Sequence record: SRR20825006_860
Direction: 5' to 3' (one strand)
DNA length: 61,528 bases
In this document: in pieces, positions 29,339 through 39,797 of the stretch
Layout: each line of letters begins with the position of its first letter
Numbering within the stretch: the first letter of the stretch is position 1
Notes under the pieces: generated by a model
The model's database searches: none
What the model saw: the letters and a program-made list of their open reading frames with translations, nothing else
Told to the model about the DNA's origin: nothing
Made by a program: the position numbers and the translations under genes

Positions 29339-31603
29339 TTGTCGAATGTACTGAGCCAGCAAGCCACCAAGGCCAGTTGGGCACTCTTTGAAGGTCTCTT
29401 TATCATTGCGGCTCTCGTCGCCGTGTTTGCGACCTTCATTGCCATCTCTGGAGTCGATCCTGACAATCCGACCGCCGGCGCCACACCTTGGCTGCTCGGA
29501 CTGAACTTTGTCGTCATTATTGTGCTCGCGACCATCATTGTTCGTGAGTACCTGACGATCCAGTCAAACAGCGAGAGTGAAGGACGCGGCAGGCTGGCCC
29601 GCCGTTTCGTCATGCTGTTCGGTTTCTCCGCGCTTGTTCCATCGGCCATCGTCGCGGTTTTTCTGGGAGCCATTTTTACCCAAGGCCTGGATAACTGGCT
29701 TGGAGAGCGCGTCGATTCCGTCATGGAAAAGAACGCCGAAATCTTTCGTACCTATGTCGATAATTTCGAAACTACGTTTGACGTGGATGTGCGCCTCGCC
29801 GCGCTTGATGTTGAAAACTTCGCGCGTGAAGTTGAGGCCAATCTCACAGACGCAGAAGCCGCCAGAAACCTGTCATCTGAAGCGTCCCTCGCATTCTCGG
29901 AAGGCTTGCGTTCGGAACTCGCCTTTCGCGATTTCCTTACCATCGCCATTTTGGGGGCCGATGGTGTTGAACTGATTGCTCAGGAGAGCGTGCAGGATGC
30001 GATCCTGATTCCGCCCCCGGCGCCTGCCTTTGAAGAGGCGGACCGGGGCGAGATTGCGACCACGCTTTATGAAAATCGAGGCATCGCAACAGCCCTGATC
30101 CATATTACGGAACCGCTGGATGGATACATCTATGCGGTGAAGAATTTTGATCGGAACGCTGCCGTGCGTCTCCGCGAAGCCGAAGCCGAGATAATTCAAT
30201 ACAATAATGCCAAGCGGCAGGGTGGTCGGTTGCAGACGATTTTCGCCATTGGCTATGCGCAAATCGCCGCGCTGGTTCTGCTGCTCGCTGGTCGACTGGG
30301 CCTCGAAGCAGCTGGTCGGGTGACCGGCCCCATTGGTCGCCTTGCAATTGCAGCTCATACCGTGCGCGACGGAGATCTCACTGTTCGCGTTCCTGTGACG
30401 GGTGCGAAGGACGAGGTCTATGCTCTGAGCCAGTCGTTCAATGCGATGACAGAGCAATTGTCAGAACAGCGAAATGCGCTCATCCAGGCGCGCGAAGTGG
30501 AAGAAGACCGTCGGCGCTTTGTCGAGACATTGCTAGCGGAAGTCAGCGCGGGCGTTATCCGTATGGATGGCAATATGGTTGTCACGCTTGCCAACAGGTC
30601 CGCCGGAGATCTGCTCGGGATTGATGCGATTGAAGACGGTGAGAGCCTGGGCGCTGTGGCACCTGACTTCGTTCGATATGCTCACGATACATTACAGCAG
30701 AACTCTCCGGTCGATGCATCGATCGATATCAATCGCAACGGTGCCATACGACACTTCAGGCTCAAGACAGCGCCAGATCCGGCAGGCGGCTGCGTTTTGA
30801 CCTTCGATGATACAACACGGCTTGTGAATGCGCAGCGACAGTTGGCCTGGCGAGATGTCGCCCGTCGCATCGCGCATGAGATTCGCAATCCACTGACGCC
30901 TATTATGCTGTCCACGGAACGCCTGCGGAGGCGTTATGCCGACAAGATTGATGACACTGACGGCGTGTTTGACCGGTGCATCGAAACAATTCTGCGTCAG
31001 GTTGGCGATATTGGCCGAATGGTTGAGGAGTTTTCTTCATTCGCTCGCATGCCGAAGCCGAAGGCCAGCCAGTTCGATATGACGTCCCTGTTGAAAGCGA
31101 CCAGTTTTTCTCAAGGCATGGTTACGCCGGACATCGCCGTGGAGTTTGATTCAGAGCTTGAACAGGTAGCCTATCTTGGCGACGAGCGCCTGATCGGTCA
31201 GGCGCTGGGCAATCTGCTCAAGAACGCTGCAGAGGCGATCGAGGGCATGCCGGAAGAGGCTGAGGTGCGTGGCCAAATTCGAGTTGTGCTCTCGGACACT
31301 GACAAGGGCGTCGATATTACCATCGAAGACAATGGTCCCGGATTTCCAGAGGACGCACGCGACCGCTTGCTGGAGCCATACGTCACGACGCGCGAAAAGG
31401 GGACCGGACTTGGTCTGGCCATCGTCAATCGGATCATAGTTGATCATGGTGGGTCTATCTCGCTTCAGAACAGGCTTGATGGGATGCGCGGGGCGCGAGT
31501 GCGCGTTTGGCTGCCGCACAATGCGATGCGGGTGCACGACGCTTTTGAAGTGACGCCCGAAGAAGAAACAGATGAATCACCGGCACGTGCCGGACTAGTG
31601 TAG
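29339..31603 (+). CDS. ntrY: Sensor histidine kinase NtrY
   Basis: N-terminal TMs, HAMP, PAS, AWRDVARRIAHEIRNPLTPI, FSSFARMP, PYVTTREKGTGLGL; TTG start uncertain. Confidence 0.93.
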   Translation: MSNVLSQQATKASWALFEGLFIIAALVAVFATFIAISGVDPDNPTAGATPWLLGLNFVVIIVLATIIVREYLTIQSNSESEGRGRLARRFVMLFGFSALVPSAIVAVFLGAIFTQGLDNWLGERVDSVMEKNAEIFRTYVDNFETTFDVDVRLAALDVENFAREVEANLTDAEAARNLSSEASLAFSEGLRSELAFRDFLTIAILGADGVELIAQESVQDAILIPPPAPAFEEADRGEIATTLYENRGIATALIHITEPLDGYIYAVKNFDRNAAVRLREAEAEIIQYNNAKRQGGRLQTIFAIGYAQIAALVLLLAGRLGLEAAGRVTGPIGRLAIAAHTVRDGDLTVRVPVTGAKDEVYALSQSFNAMTEQLSEQRNALIQAREVEEDRRRFVETLLAEVSAGVIRMDGNMVVTLANRSAGDLLGIDAIEDGESLGAVAPDFVRYAHDTLQQNSPVDASIDINRNGAIRHFRLKTAPDPAGGCVLTFDDTTRLVNAQRQLAWRDVARRIAHEIRNPLTPIMLSTERLRRRYADKIDDTDGVFDRCIETILRQVGDIGRMVEEFSSFARMPKPKASQFDMTSLLKATSFSQGMVTPDIAVEFDSELEQVAYLGDERLIGQALGNLLKNAAEAIEGMPEEAEVRGQIRVVLSDTDKGVDITIEDNGPGFPEDARDRLLEPYVTTREKGTGLGLAIVNRIIVDHGGSISLQNRLDGMRGARVRVWLPHNAMRVHDAFEVTPEEETDESPARAGLV

Positions 31604-31616
31604 AGGAGCCTGCGTT

Positions 31617-33005
31617 ATGGCCTTGGACATTCTTGTGGTTGATGACGAACCAGATATCCGTGAACTGATTGCGGGTGTGCTGGGAGATGAAGGCTATTCA
31701 GCCCGTACGGCCGACACCGCCGAACGCGCTCTTGAGGAAGTCCGTGCACGAACGCCACGGCTCGTGGTGTTGGATGTCTGGCTTCAGGGCAGTGGAATGG
31801 ATGGGCTGTCGCTCCTCAAATACCTGAAGTCGATTGATCCAATTCTTCCAGTCATCGTGATAAGCGGTCACGGCAACATCGAAACAGCCGTCGCGGCGAT
31901 CCGGCGTGGAGCCTATGACTTCATCGAGAAGCCGTTCAAGACTGATCGTCTATTGCACATGGTGGAGCGCGCAATCGAGTCCGCGGCGCTGAAATACGAG
32001 AATGCTGCGCTGAAGAACAGAGCCGGTGACAATGAAGAATGGATCGGAGACAGTCAGGCGGCTTCGGCATTACGAGCTTCGATTGAGAAGGTAGCGCCAA
32101 CGAATTCCAGAGTGATGATCTCCGGGCCAGCCGGGTCCGGCAAGGAACTTGCCGCGCGGCTCATCCATCGTAATTCCCTGCGCGAAAATGGTCCCTTCAT
32201 TGTTGTGAACGCGGCCACCATAGCGCCGGACCAGATGGAGAGCGCCCTGTTTGGCGAAGAGGACTCCCAGGGTCGGACAACCCGAATTGGCCTCTTTGAA
32301 AAAGCTCATACCGGCACACTGTTGCTTGATGAGGTGGCTGACATGCCACTGGGGACCCAGAACAAGATTTTGCGGGTTCTGACAGAGCAGCGCTTTCAAC
32401 GGGTAGGCGGGAAGTCGGACGTGACCGTAGATGTTCGGGTCATGTCGGCCACCACCAAGGATATTCGTCATGAAATTTCGGAAGGCCGCTTTCGTGAAGA
32501 TCTGTTCTATCGGTTGAGTGTCGTGCCGTTGCGGGTCCCGTCGCTTGCAGAGCGGCGAGACGATATTGGGGACCTCGTCACATACTTTACCAACCGGATC
32601 GCTGATTCTTCTGGCCTGACGCCTCGTACGTTTTCAGCGGAGGCCATGGCCGTTCTTCAATCGATGGATTGGCCTGGCAATATCCGGCAGTTGCGTAATG
32701 TGGTGGAAAGAATCCTGATCCTGTCGCCATCTGACTCCAGCCGTCCGGTAAGTGTTGATGAGCTGCCGCGCGAATCGTCCGGTATTCCGGGGGATGTTGG
32801 CAAAAGCGGATCGGCAGAGCTTGTCGGATTGTCTCTGCGTGATGCGCGAGAACAATTTGAGCGAGAGTACCTTGCGCTTCAGATCACCCGATTCAATGGC
32901 AATATTTCTCGTACTGCCGAGTTCATCGGTATGGAGCGTTCGGCCTTGCACAGAAAATTAAAGGCTTTAGGCGTAAACTCGAATCTTACTCGTCAGGACG
33001 GCTGA
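31617..33005 (+). CDS. ntrX: Response regulator NtrX
   Basis: LDVWLQGS, ISGHGNIETAV, KVAPTNSRVMI, GNISRTAEFIGMERSALHRKLK. Confidence 0.95.
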   Translation: MALDILVVDDEPDIRELIAGVLGDEGYSARTADTAERALEEVRARTPRLVVLDVWLQGSGMDGLSLLKYLKSIDPILPVIVISGHGNIETAVAAIRRGAYDFIEKPFKTDRLLHMVERAIESAALKYENAALKNRAGDNEEWIGDSQAASALRASIEKVAPTNSRVMISGPAGSGKELAARLIHRNSLRENGPFIVVNAATIAPDQMESALFGEEDSQGRTTRIGLFEKAHTGTLLLDEVADMPLGTQNKILRVLTEQRFQRVGGKSDVTVDVRVMSATTKDIRHEISEGRFREDLFYRLSVVPLRVPSLAERRDDIGDLVTYFTNRIADSSGLTPRTFSAEAMAVLQSMDWPGNIRQLRNVVERILILSPSDSSRPVSVDELPRESSGIPGDVGKSGSAELVGLSLRDAREQFEREYLALQITRFNGNISRTAEFIGMERSALHRKLKALGVNSNLTRQDG

Positions 33006-33027
33006 GGCCGTTGAGGGGCTGTAGACC

Positions 33028-34401
33028 ATGCATGTTCTGATTTGCGGTGCGGGCCGCGTGGGGCACGGAATTGCCCGGCGCTTGGCGCGCGAAAAGCATG
33101 ATATCACGATCATTGATGAAAATCCGGACTTGGTGGACCAGGTTTCTACGGATTTGGACGTGCGTGGCTTCACGGGCCATGCCGCGCATCCCGATGTGTT
33201 GAAAAAGGCGGGCGCTGCTGACTGCGAAATGATTATCGCGGTGACGCATTTCGACGAAATCAACATGGTGATCTGCCAAATCGCCCACACGCTTTTTTCC
33301 GTTCCATACAAGATTGCGCGCGTGCGAGAGCAATCCTATATCGATCCGGCCTGGAAGAATGTCTTTTCGCGGGAAGGCCTCCCGATCGATATGGTCATTT
33401 CGCCCGAAGTTGAAGTCGGTGAAGCAATCCTCCAGCGTTTCCGCACGCCGGGCGCAGTGATGAGTGCGACCTTTGGCAAGGGTAAGGTACGCCTGCTTGG
33501 TCTGGAGATCGATGACAGCAACCCTCTATTGGACACACCTGTAGATCAGCTGCGGGGCCTTTTTCCCGACCTGTCGGCCAGAATTGTCGGGATAGGGCGG
33601 GGCGACTCGGTTCGCGCGCCTCGCGCAACTGATGTGCTGAAAGTGGGAGATCGTGCCTATGTTGCCGTTCTGGATGAACATGCCGACCGACTGACGTCTA
33701 TCTTCAACCGGGAATCGGAACAGTCCGGGCATGTCGTGATTGTTGGCGGGGGCAATGTTGGTCTCTATGTTGCCACCACGTTGGAGCGCGAAGGCAAGAA
33801 CCGCATTCGCCTCATTGAGCACAATGTGGAACGGGCCAATGAAGTCGTGTCCGAGGTCAAGCGAACGATCGTCATTCAGGGCGATGGGCTGAACCCTGAT
33901 ATCCTTGCGGAAGCTGGTGCGCCGAAAGCCGACTTCGTGGTTGCGATTACCAATGACGACAAGGCCAATTTGCTGATTTCCAATTTGGCCAAACGTGCGG
34001 GCGCAAAACGTACTCTGGCACTCGTGAATGCGACTGAGCTGGCTGGGCTGGCACGTGATCTGCGAGTGGATGCTGTTCTCGATCCGCGGGCCCTCACGGT
34101 CTCACAGATCCTGCTGCGCATGCGTCGGGGGCGTATTCTTGGGCTTCAGTCCATTGAAGATGGCAAAGCGGAAGTTGCAGAGGGAATAACGCTCGAGTCG
34201 TCGTCGCTGATCGGTAAGCCGCTTGGCTATGATGATTTGCCGGAAGGCATGACCGCTGCTGCTGTCATACGCGGCAAGGAAGTATTCATTGCCGGACCTG
34301 ATGTTACAGTCCAAGCCGAAGATCATCTGATCATATTTTATCAGGAAGAGATGGTTCGAAAGGTTGAAAAGTACTTCCGGGTCAGTCCGGACTTTTTCTA
34401 A
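33028..34401 (+). CDS. trkA: Trk system potassium uptake protein TrkA
   Basis: Two RCK domains (GAGRVG, GGGNVG), ISPEVEV; usual ntrX-trkA context. Confidence 0.95.
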   Translation: MHVLICGAGRVGHGIARRLAREKHDITIIDENPDLVDQVSTDLDVRGFTGHAAHPDVLKKAGAADCEMIIAVTHFDEINMVICQIAHTLFSVPYKIARVREQSYIDPAWKNVFSREGLPIDMVISPEVEVGEAILQRFRTPGAVMSATFGKGKVRLLGLEIDDSNPLLDTPVDQLRGLFPDLSARIVGIGRGDSVRAPRATDVLKVGDRAYVAVLDEHADRLTSIFNRESEQSGHVVIVGGGNVGLYVATTLEREGKNRIRLIEHNVERANEVVSEVKRTIVIQGDGLNPDILAEAGAPKADFVVAITNDDKANLLISNLAKRAGAKRTLALVNATELAGLARDLRVDAVLDPRALTVSQILLRMRRGRILGLQSIEDGKAEVAEGITLESSSLIGKPLGYDDLPEGMTAAAVIRGKEVFIAGPDVTVQAEDHLIIFYQEEMVRKVEKYFRVSPDFF

Positions 34402-34404
34402 ATC

Positions 34405-35811
34405 ATGTACTACGCTTCTGTCGTCCGCGTTCTTGCTTTCTTACTGCTGATCGTCGCTGCCGCCAGCATTCCGTCAATCTTCATGGCGATTGCAGCGGGT
34501 GAAGATAGCCAGACCTTTGCCTTCGGCACGATGGTCCTGTGTATTGTCGTTGTATCAAGCAGCGTTCTGCTGCTCACACCCAAACCGGATAGGAAGGCCC
34601 GACCCTCCGATGCGTTGGGAACGGTTATTCTGTGGTGGTTTATCACGCCGGTGGCGACTAGCTTGCCGTTTATACTAGGGGTCGAAAACGATAGCGTTCT
34701 CAGCGCGATACATGAGGCGACTGCTTGTCTTACGACCACCGGGCAATCGGTCATTTCTGTCCAGAACAATGAGTGGCCAATCAGCCTGGTTGTCTGGCGC
34801 GGCATGCTGCACCTATTGGGAGGACTCGCCACCATAACGGTAGCTGCCAGCGTGTTGGCTGCGCTCAATCTCGGCGGTCCGGGCATTCATCGAACCGTCT
34901 TGTTTACCGTGCCGGAAACAAGCTTCTTCAATGCTGTCCCGCGCGTCGCCCGCGTGGTCAGCATATTGATGGTAATTTCAATACTCGCCCTGTTCTCCGC
35001 TCTGGTCTTCATGGGAGTTCCGGCCGAACGCGCCTTGGGCGACTCGGTGAGTGCGCTGACAACTGGCCTGGTGCACCCACAAGGCATCATGCGCGCACCA
35101 CTGGACACAGGACCATCTATCGTTTTGGGCATTGGTCTACTAGTTGGAGCCATGGGCCTGGCGATCTGGTTGCCGCTGAAGGACCGGAAGCCGCTCAAAG
35201 CTGTTACGGACCCTGAAGTTACACTTTTCGTAGGATTGCTATTCGTATTTGTCGGTTTTGCGGTGGCGTCCGATCTCAACGTAACGGAGGGACTGTCTTG
35301 GGCTTTGTCAGCCTTGTCGACGTCCGGCCTCTCTCTGTCTGACCCTGCAGATTACAACCGCATTCCTCTTCCTGTGCTGGTTTTGCCGGCCTTGATCGGC
35401 GGGTCGGCGCTGTCTGCAGCGGGCGGAGTCAAAATTGCGCGTTTCATTGTGCTGGCCCGAAGGGCTGGTCAGGAATTCCGTCAACTCGGATATCGGCAGT
35501 CGGTCTTGGGATTTCGTTTCCGGGATCGAGAATTGAACGAACGAAGCGTGATAGGGGTCTGGGTTTATCTGATCGGTTACGTACTCTCGATATTCCTGCT
35601 CATGTCCGGTTTTGCCTTTCTGGGGCTGGATTTCATCCCGGCCATACGTCTCTCTATTGGCGGTCTGACCAATTCAGCAGCCGTTCTGGGGAGCTATCCG
35701 GTGGACTTAACTGGGCCTGCGCAAGCATTGATCATTTTTTCAATGATTCTCGGGCGATTGGAGGTTTTAGCCCTGATTCCAGCCCTTTCCCTCAGCTTTT
35801 GGAGGGGGTAA
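34405..35811 (+). CDS. trkH: TrkH-family cation transporter (divergent)
   Basis: Polytopic; LTTTG, LSTSG, IGGSALSAAGGVK, MILGRLE. Confidence 0.88.
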   Translation: MYYASVVRVLAFLLLIVAAASIPSIFMAIAAGEDSQTFAFGTMVLCIVVVSSSVLLLTPKPDRKARPSDALGTVILWWFITPVATSLPFILGVENDSVLSAIHEATACLTTTGQSVISVQNNEWPISLVVWRGMLHLLGGLATITVAASVLAALNLGGPGIHRTVLFTVPETSFFNAVPRVARVVSILMVISILALFSALVFMGVPAERALGDSVSALTTGLVHPQGIMRAPLDTGPSIVLGIGLLVGAMGLAIWLPLKDRKPLKAVTDPEVTLFVGLLFVFVGFAVASDLNVTEGLSWALSALSTSGLSLSDPADYNRIPLPVLVLPALIGGSALSAAGGVKIARFIVLARRAGQEFRQLGYRQSVLGFRFRDRELNERSVIGVWVYLIGYVLSIFLLMSGFAFLGLDFIPAIRLSIGGLTNSAAVLGSYPVDLTGPAQALIIFSMILGRLEVLALIPALSLSFWRG

Positions 35812-35890
35812 CGGCTGTTCGCACTTGCACTGAAGCTGTAATCCCGTTAGCGCGACACATAACAAGAACAGGCCAGATTGGATTCCCGTC

Positions 35891-36139
35891 ATGTCCGCCG
35901 ACAAAAAACAGAATTTGCAAGACACCTTCCTGAATGCCGTCCGGAAGTCCCGGACTCCCCTGACAGTCTTCCTGGTCAATGGCGTTAAACTTCAGGGTGT
36001 GGTGACTTGGTTTGACAATTTCTGTGTTCTGCTTCGCGGTGACGGACGCCCACCACAGCTTGTTTACAAGCACGCCATCTCTACAATTGCTCCAAGCGCC
36101 CCGGTGCAGTTGTTTGATGAGGAAATGGATGCGGACTAG
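35891..36139 (+). CDS. hfq: RNA chaperone Hfq
   Basis: [33 protein letters not shown]. Confidence 0.98.
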   Translation: MSADKKQNLQDTFLNAVRKSRTPLTVFLVNGVKLQGVVTWFDNFCVLLRGDGRPPQLVYKHAISTIAPSAPVQLFDEEMDAD

Positions 36140-36145
36140 GCCATT

Positions 36146-37462
36146 TTGACTGACAGGATGATTGATCGCACGCCAGTGCCCGAGGTGGCTGGCGTGATTA
36201 TCCCTTGGTTTACACCTGCAAACAGACCCACCGAAGACCGTCTGCAAGAAACGGCAGGCCTCGTGGAAGCGCTTGGCTGTAATTTGGCCTTCCTGCGCGC
36301 TGAACATGTTCGCAAAGTGAATTCGTCGGTCTTGCTGTCGGGAGGTATTCTTGATCGATTGGCCGAAGACCTCCGCCAGAATGATTGCACCGTAGCTGTC
36401 GTAGACGGTGACCTGACACCGGTTCAGCAACGCAACCTCGAGCGAAAGCTTGAAGTGAAGGTCATCGACCGGACAGGCCTAATCCTCGAAATATTCGGCT
36501 TGCGCGCCCGGACCAAGGAGGGCCGTCTTCAGGTCGAATTGGCCCGCCTCCTTTACGAGCGGTCGCGACTGGTGCGGACCTGGACCCACCTTGAGCGCCA
36601 GAGGGGCGGTGGCGGCTTCCTGTCTGGCCCCGGTGAAAGCCAGCTCGAAGCAGACCGGCGGATGCTGGACGACAAGATCCTGCGGCTGCGCCGTGATCTG
36701 GACGATGTGAAGCGCACGCGCGCCGTGCAAAGGGCAGGGCGCAAGCGGAGCGGAAAGCCCGTGATTGCGCTGGTGGGCTACACCAATGCCGGCAAGTCGA
36801 CCCTGTTCAACCAGATGTCCGGCGCTGACGTATTCGCGCGGGATATGCCGTTTGCGACGCTCGACCCCACGATCCGCAGGTTTGACCTGCCGACCCTCGG
36901 CGAAGCGGCCTTGATCGACACAGTCGGGTTCATCACAGATTTGCCGACCCATCTGATCGACAGTTTCCAGGCGACGCTGGAAGAGGCCATGCAGGCAGAC
37001 CTCCTGGTCCATGTGCGCGACCGGTCGAGCCGGGCAGATCTGGAACAGGCCGAAGATGTGATGATCGTGCTGGAGCAATTGGAGGCCGAGACCGGCCTGC
37101 CATTGCCGCCCATGATTGAGGTCTGGAACAAGGCCGACCTGCTTCCGGATGATCGTGCCGATGCGCTCGCCTTCTCTGCGCGTGGGCCACTCGATACACC
37201 GGCTGTGCTTGTTTCGGCGTTGACGGGAACAGGGATCAACGAATTGCTCGATCTCATTGAGGCCGTTCTGTTGAAGGGCGCGACCGAGATCGAGTTGGAG
37301 CTGGGGACAAAGGACGGGCGGGCCCGGGCCTGGTTGCACCGCAACGGGGAAGTCCTTTCGGAGACGACATTGGACAGCGGGAACGTTGTGATGACAGCGC
37401 GCCTGCCCAATGACAGGCTGGGTCAATTCTATTCCGAATTTCCAGACTTTAATCCTGCCTGA
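36146..37462 (+). CDS. hflX: GTPase HflX
   Basis: DRTGLILEIF, GPGESQLEADRR, GYTNAGKST, FATLDPT, DTVGF, NKAD. Confidence 0.97.
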   Translation: MTDRMIDRTPVPEVAGVIIPWFTPANRPTEDRLQETAGLVEALGCNLAFLRAEHVRKVNSSVLLSGGILDRLAEDLRQNDCTVAVVDGDLTPVQQRNLERKLEVKVIDRTGLILEIFGLRARTKEGRLQVELARLLYERSRLVRTWTHLERQRGGGGFLSGPGESQLEADRRMLDDKILRLRRDLDDVKRTRAVQRAGRKRSGKPVIALVGYTNAGKSTLFNQMSGADVFARDMPFATLDPTIRRFDLPTLGEAALIDTVGFITDLPTHLIDSFQATLEEAMQADLLVHVRDRSSRADLEQAEDVMIVLEQLEAETGLPLPPMIEVWNKADLLPDDRADALAFSARGPLDTPAVLVSALTGTGINELLDLIEAVLLKGATEIELELGTKDGRARAWLHRNGEVLSETTLDSGNVVMTARLPNDRLGQFYSEFPDFNPA

Positions 37463-38285
37463 CGCGCTCCTGCTGTTTCACGCGCTGCCATAGAGATTCC
37501 TGCGCGTCGATATCGAGCGCTGCAAAGTCCTGACCATCCTGTTCAGCGAGTCCTTCCATAGCGCGGAAGCGGCGTTCAAATTTGGCATTGGCGCGTCGCA
37601 AGGCCTGTTCCGGATCCACATTGAGGCGACGGCTGAGATTGGCCGCAACGAACAGTAGATCGCCCAGTTCGTCTTCTATCTTGTCCGGGTCGCCGGTTTC
37701 GATGGCTTCACGTACCTCGCCGGTTTCCTCAGCCAGCTTATCGAAGATGTCATCAGCCTCGGTCCAGTCAAAACCTACTCGCGCTGCCCGCTTCTGGAGT
37801 TTCTCGGCGCGTAGCAGAGCTGGCAGGGCGAGCGCAACGCCATCCAACGCGCTGGCGGGGTCTTCGGGTTGTCCTTTGGCAGCGCGTTCTTGCGCCTTGA
37901 TCACTTCCCACGCGGCGACCTGTTGATCCTCCGTTCTTGAGCTTTCATCGCCAAACACGTGCGGATGGCGGCGAATCATTTTTGCATTGATCGCCTCGAC
38001 CACATCAGCAATCTCGAAGGCACCAGCTTCTCTGGCCATCTGACTGTGGAAAACGACCTGAAAGAGCAGGTCACCCAGTTCTTCCTTCAGTTCATCCATA
38101 TCGGCGCGCTGAATTGCATCGGCCACCTCGTAGGCTTCCTCAATCGTATAAGGTGCAATCGTCGAGAAGTTCTGCGCAACATCCCACGCACAGCCCGTGT
38201 TCTTGTCTCGAAGTTTCGCCATGATGTCGATCAAGCGAGCCATGGCTTCGCTAGCAGGCGAATAGGAATTGATGTCGTCGGTCAT
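37449..38285 (-). CDS. mazG: Nucleoside triphosphate pyrophosphohydrolase MazG
   Basis: GCAWD, YTIEEAYEV, EELGDLLFQV, KMIRRHPHVF and a second ELGDLLF domain. Confidence 0.96.
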   Translation of the reverse strand: MTDDINSYSPASEAMARLIDIMAKLRDKNTGCAWDVAQNFSTIAPYTIEEAYEVADAIQRADMDELKEELGDLLFQVVFHSQMAREAGAFEIADVVEAINAKMIRRHPHVFGDESSRTEDQQVAAWEVIKAQERAAKGQPEDPASALDGVALALPALLRAEKLQKRAARVGFDWTEADDIFDKLAEETGEVREAIETGDPDKIEDELGDLLFVAANLSRRLNVDPEQALRRANAKFERRFRAMEGLAEQDGQDFAALDIDAQESLWQRVKQQERVRQD

Positions 38286-38533
38286 TGAAACCGACTAGCC
38301 TGACTCTCCTGCGGAATCGACTGATTGATTGACAATTTGTCGATGTCGCGTGACCTGAATGGGCGGGTACATCAGTGTGGCATCGCATGCGCCTGGCGCT
38401 TGGGCTCCGGTTCGGTCTGCCAAGGATGCCTTAGACCAAGGTGCGCCGCCGATTGCAAAGCTTTCTGGTTTGTCGACGAACGAGTCGCTACGATGACTCG
38501 GACTTGCGTAATCTGCCAAAACGAGGATGCCTG

Positions 38534-39415
38534 ATGTTCATGACGCCCGAATGTGTTGCGCCGACAGGATGCACGCTAGGTGAGGGGCCGCTCTGGAGCC
38601 CATCGGAAGGCTTCCTGTGGTGGGTGGATATCAAGCGGGCGAAACTTCACAGATTCAATCCAAGAACCGGCAATACACGACGCTATGACTTGCCCATAAA
38701 AGCCAGTACGCTTGCTCTGTATGATGGTAGCATACTTATGGCCGGTGACCGGGAAATCGGAGTCTACGACCCGTCGACCGAAGCCTATGATCGACTTGCC
38801 GTGCTGGCTGAGGAGCCGAAAACAAATCGCACGAATGACGGCGGCATCGCGCCGGACGGGTCCCTATGGTTCGGTACAATGGACGAATCCGAAAAGGAAC
38901 CGAAGGGTGGCTACTACAAATTCAGCCTGGATGGGTCAGTTGACGCGCTACGCCTGCCATCGGTCCTAATTACCAATACGTTCCAATTTTCTCCAGACGG
39001 ACGGAAGTTCTACACATGCGATTCTGCAGAACAGGAAATTCTGTCTTTTGATCATGATCTAGAGACCGGCAAGCTGTCCGGGCGAAAGGTTTTATCTGAT
39101 ACTTTCGAGCTAGCGGGCTATCCAGATGGTTCGGCCATTGATTCGGAAGGCTGTCTTTGGACCTGCCTGTGGGATGCATCTCGAGTCATTCGACTGACCC
39201 CGGATGGAGAGATTGACCGGATTATCGTTCTTGCAGCAACACGCCCAACCAGCGTGGCGTTTGGAGATGACGACTTGAAGACGCTGTTCATAACGACCGC
39301 GCGATCCGGCTTGTCCTTTCCGCAGCTGGATGCCCGCCCCTTATCAGGCAGCCTGTTTGCGATTCGGGTGGATGTTCCGGGTTTGCCGCCTCGCGAATTT
39401 GGCAAACCGCTTTGA
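38534..39415 (+). CDS. SMP-30/gluconolactonase/LRE family protein
   Basis: LGEGPLW, WVDI, NRTNDG, WFGTMD, PDGSAIDSEG, LFITTAR. Confidence 0.92.
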   Translation: MFMTPECVAPTGCTLGEGPLWSPSEGFLWWVDIKRAKLHRFNPRTGNTRRYDLPIKASTLALYDGSILMAGDREIGVYDPSTEAYDRLAVLAEEPKTNRTNDGGIAPDGSLWFGTMDESEKEPKGGYYKFSLDGSVDALRLPSVLITNTFQFSPDGRKFYTCDSAEQEILSFDHDLETGKLSGRKVLSDTFELAGYPDGSAIDSEGCLWTCLWDASRVIRLTPDGEIDRIIVLAATRPTSVAFGDDDLKTLFITTARSGLSFPQLDARPLSGSLFAIRVDVPGLPPREFGKPL

Positions 39416-39541
39416 GCTCAAGCGTTCCCTTGCAGGACCTGCACAAGACACCACCTAGCCTAGACAATGCCAGCAGTGTACTTAACCGTGGACGTGGCGG
39501 CTCAAAACCGCTAACTCCCCGCTTTTCAAGAGAGAGTCGGA

Positions 39542-39751
39542 ATGGCCGATAAGGTGAAAAAGAAACGCGTAGGTCCTATTACCTTCTTTCGGCAGGTTCG
39601 TGCCGAAGGGAACAAGGTGACGTGGACGTCCCGTCAGGAAACGATCCAGGCGACGATTTTTGTCGTTATCATGTCTATCCTGATCGCCCTTTTTCTGTTC
39701 TTAGCCGATTTCGTCATCAATTTGGCCGTTAAGGCGATAACGGGCCTCTGA
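39542..39751 (+). CDS. secE: Preprotein translocase subunit SecE
   Basis: FFRQVRAEGNKVTWTSRQET plus one TM helix; upstream of nusG. Confidence 0.95.
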   Translation: MADKVKKKRVGPITFFRQVRAEGNKVTWTSRQETIQATIFVVIMSILIALFLFLADFVINLAVKAITGL

Positions 39752-39797
39752 GACCAGAACGGCCCGTCAACATTTCATTAGGGAGCGCGTAGGCCTC

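Noticed and set aside
36479..37426. 315-aa ORF antisense to hflX
   Set aside because: Shadow of a conserved gene; no independent evidence.
38295..38519. 74-aa ORF directly upstream of mazG
   Set aside because: TTG start, no clear RBS or motif; it spans the probable divergent promoter region.
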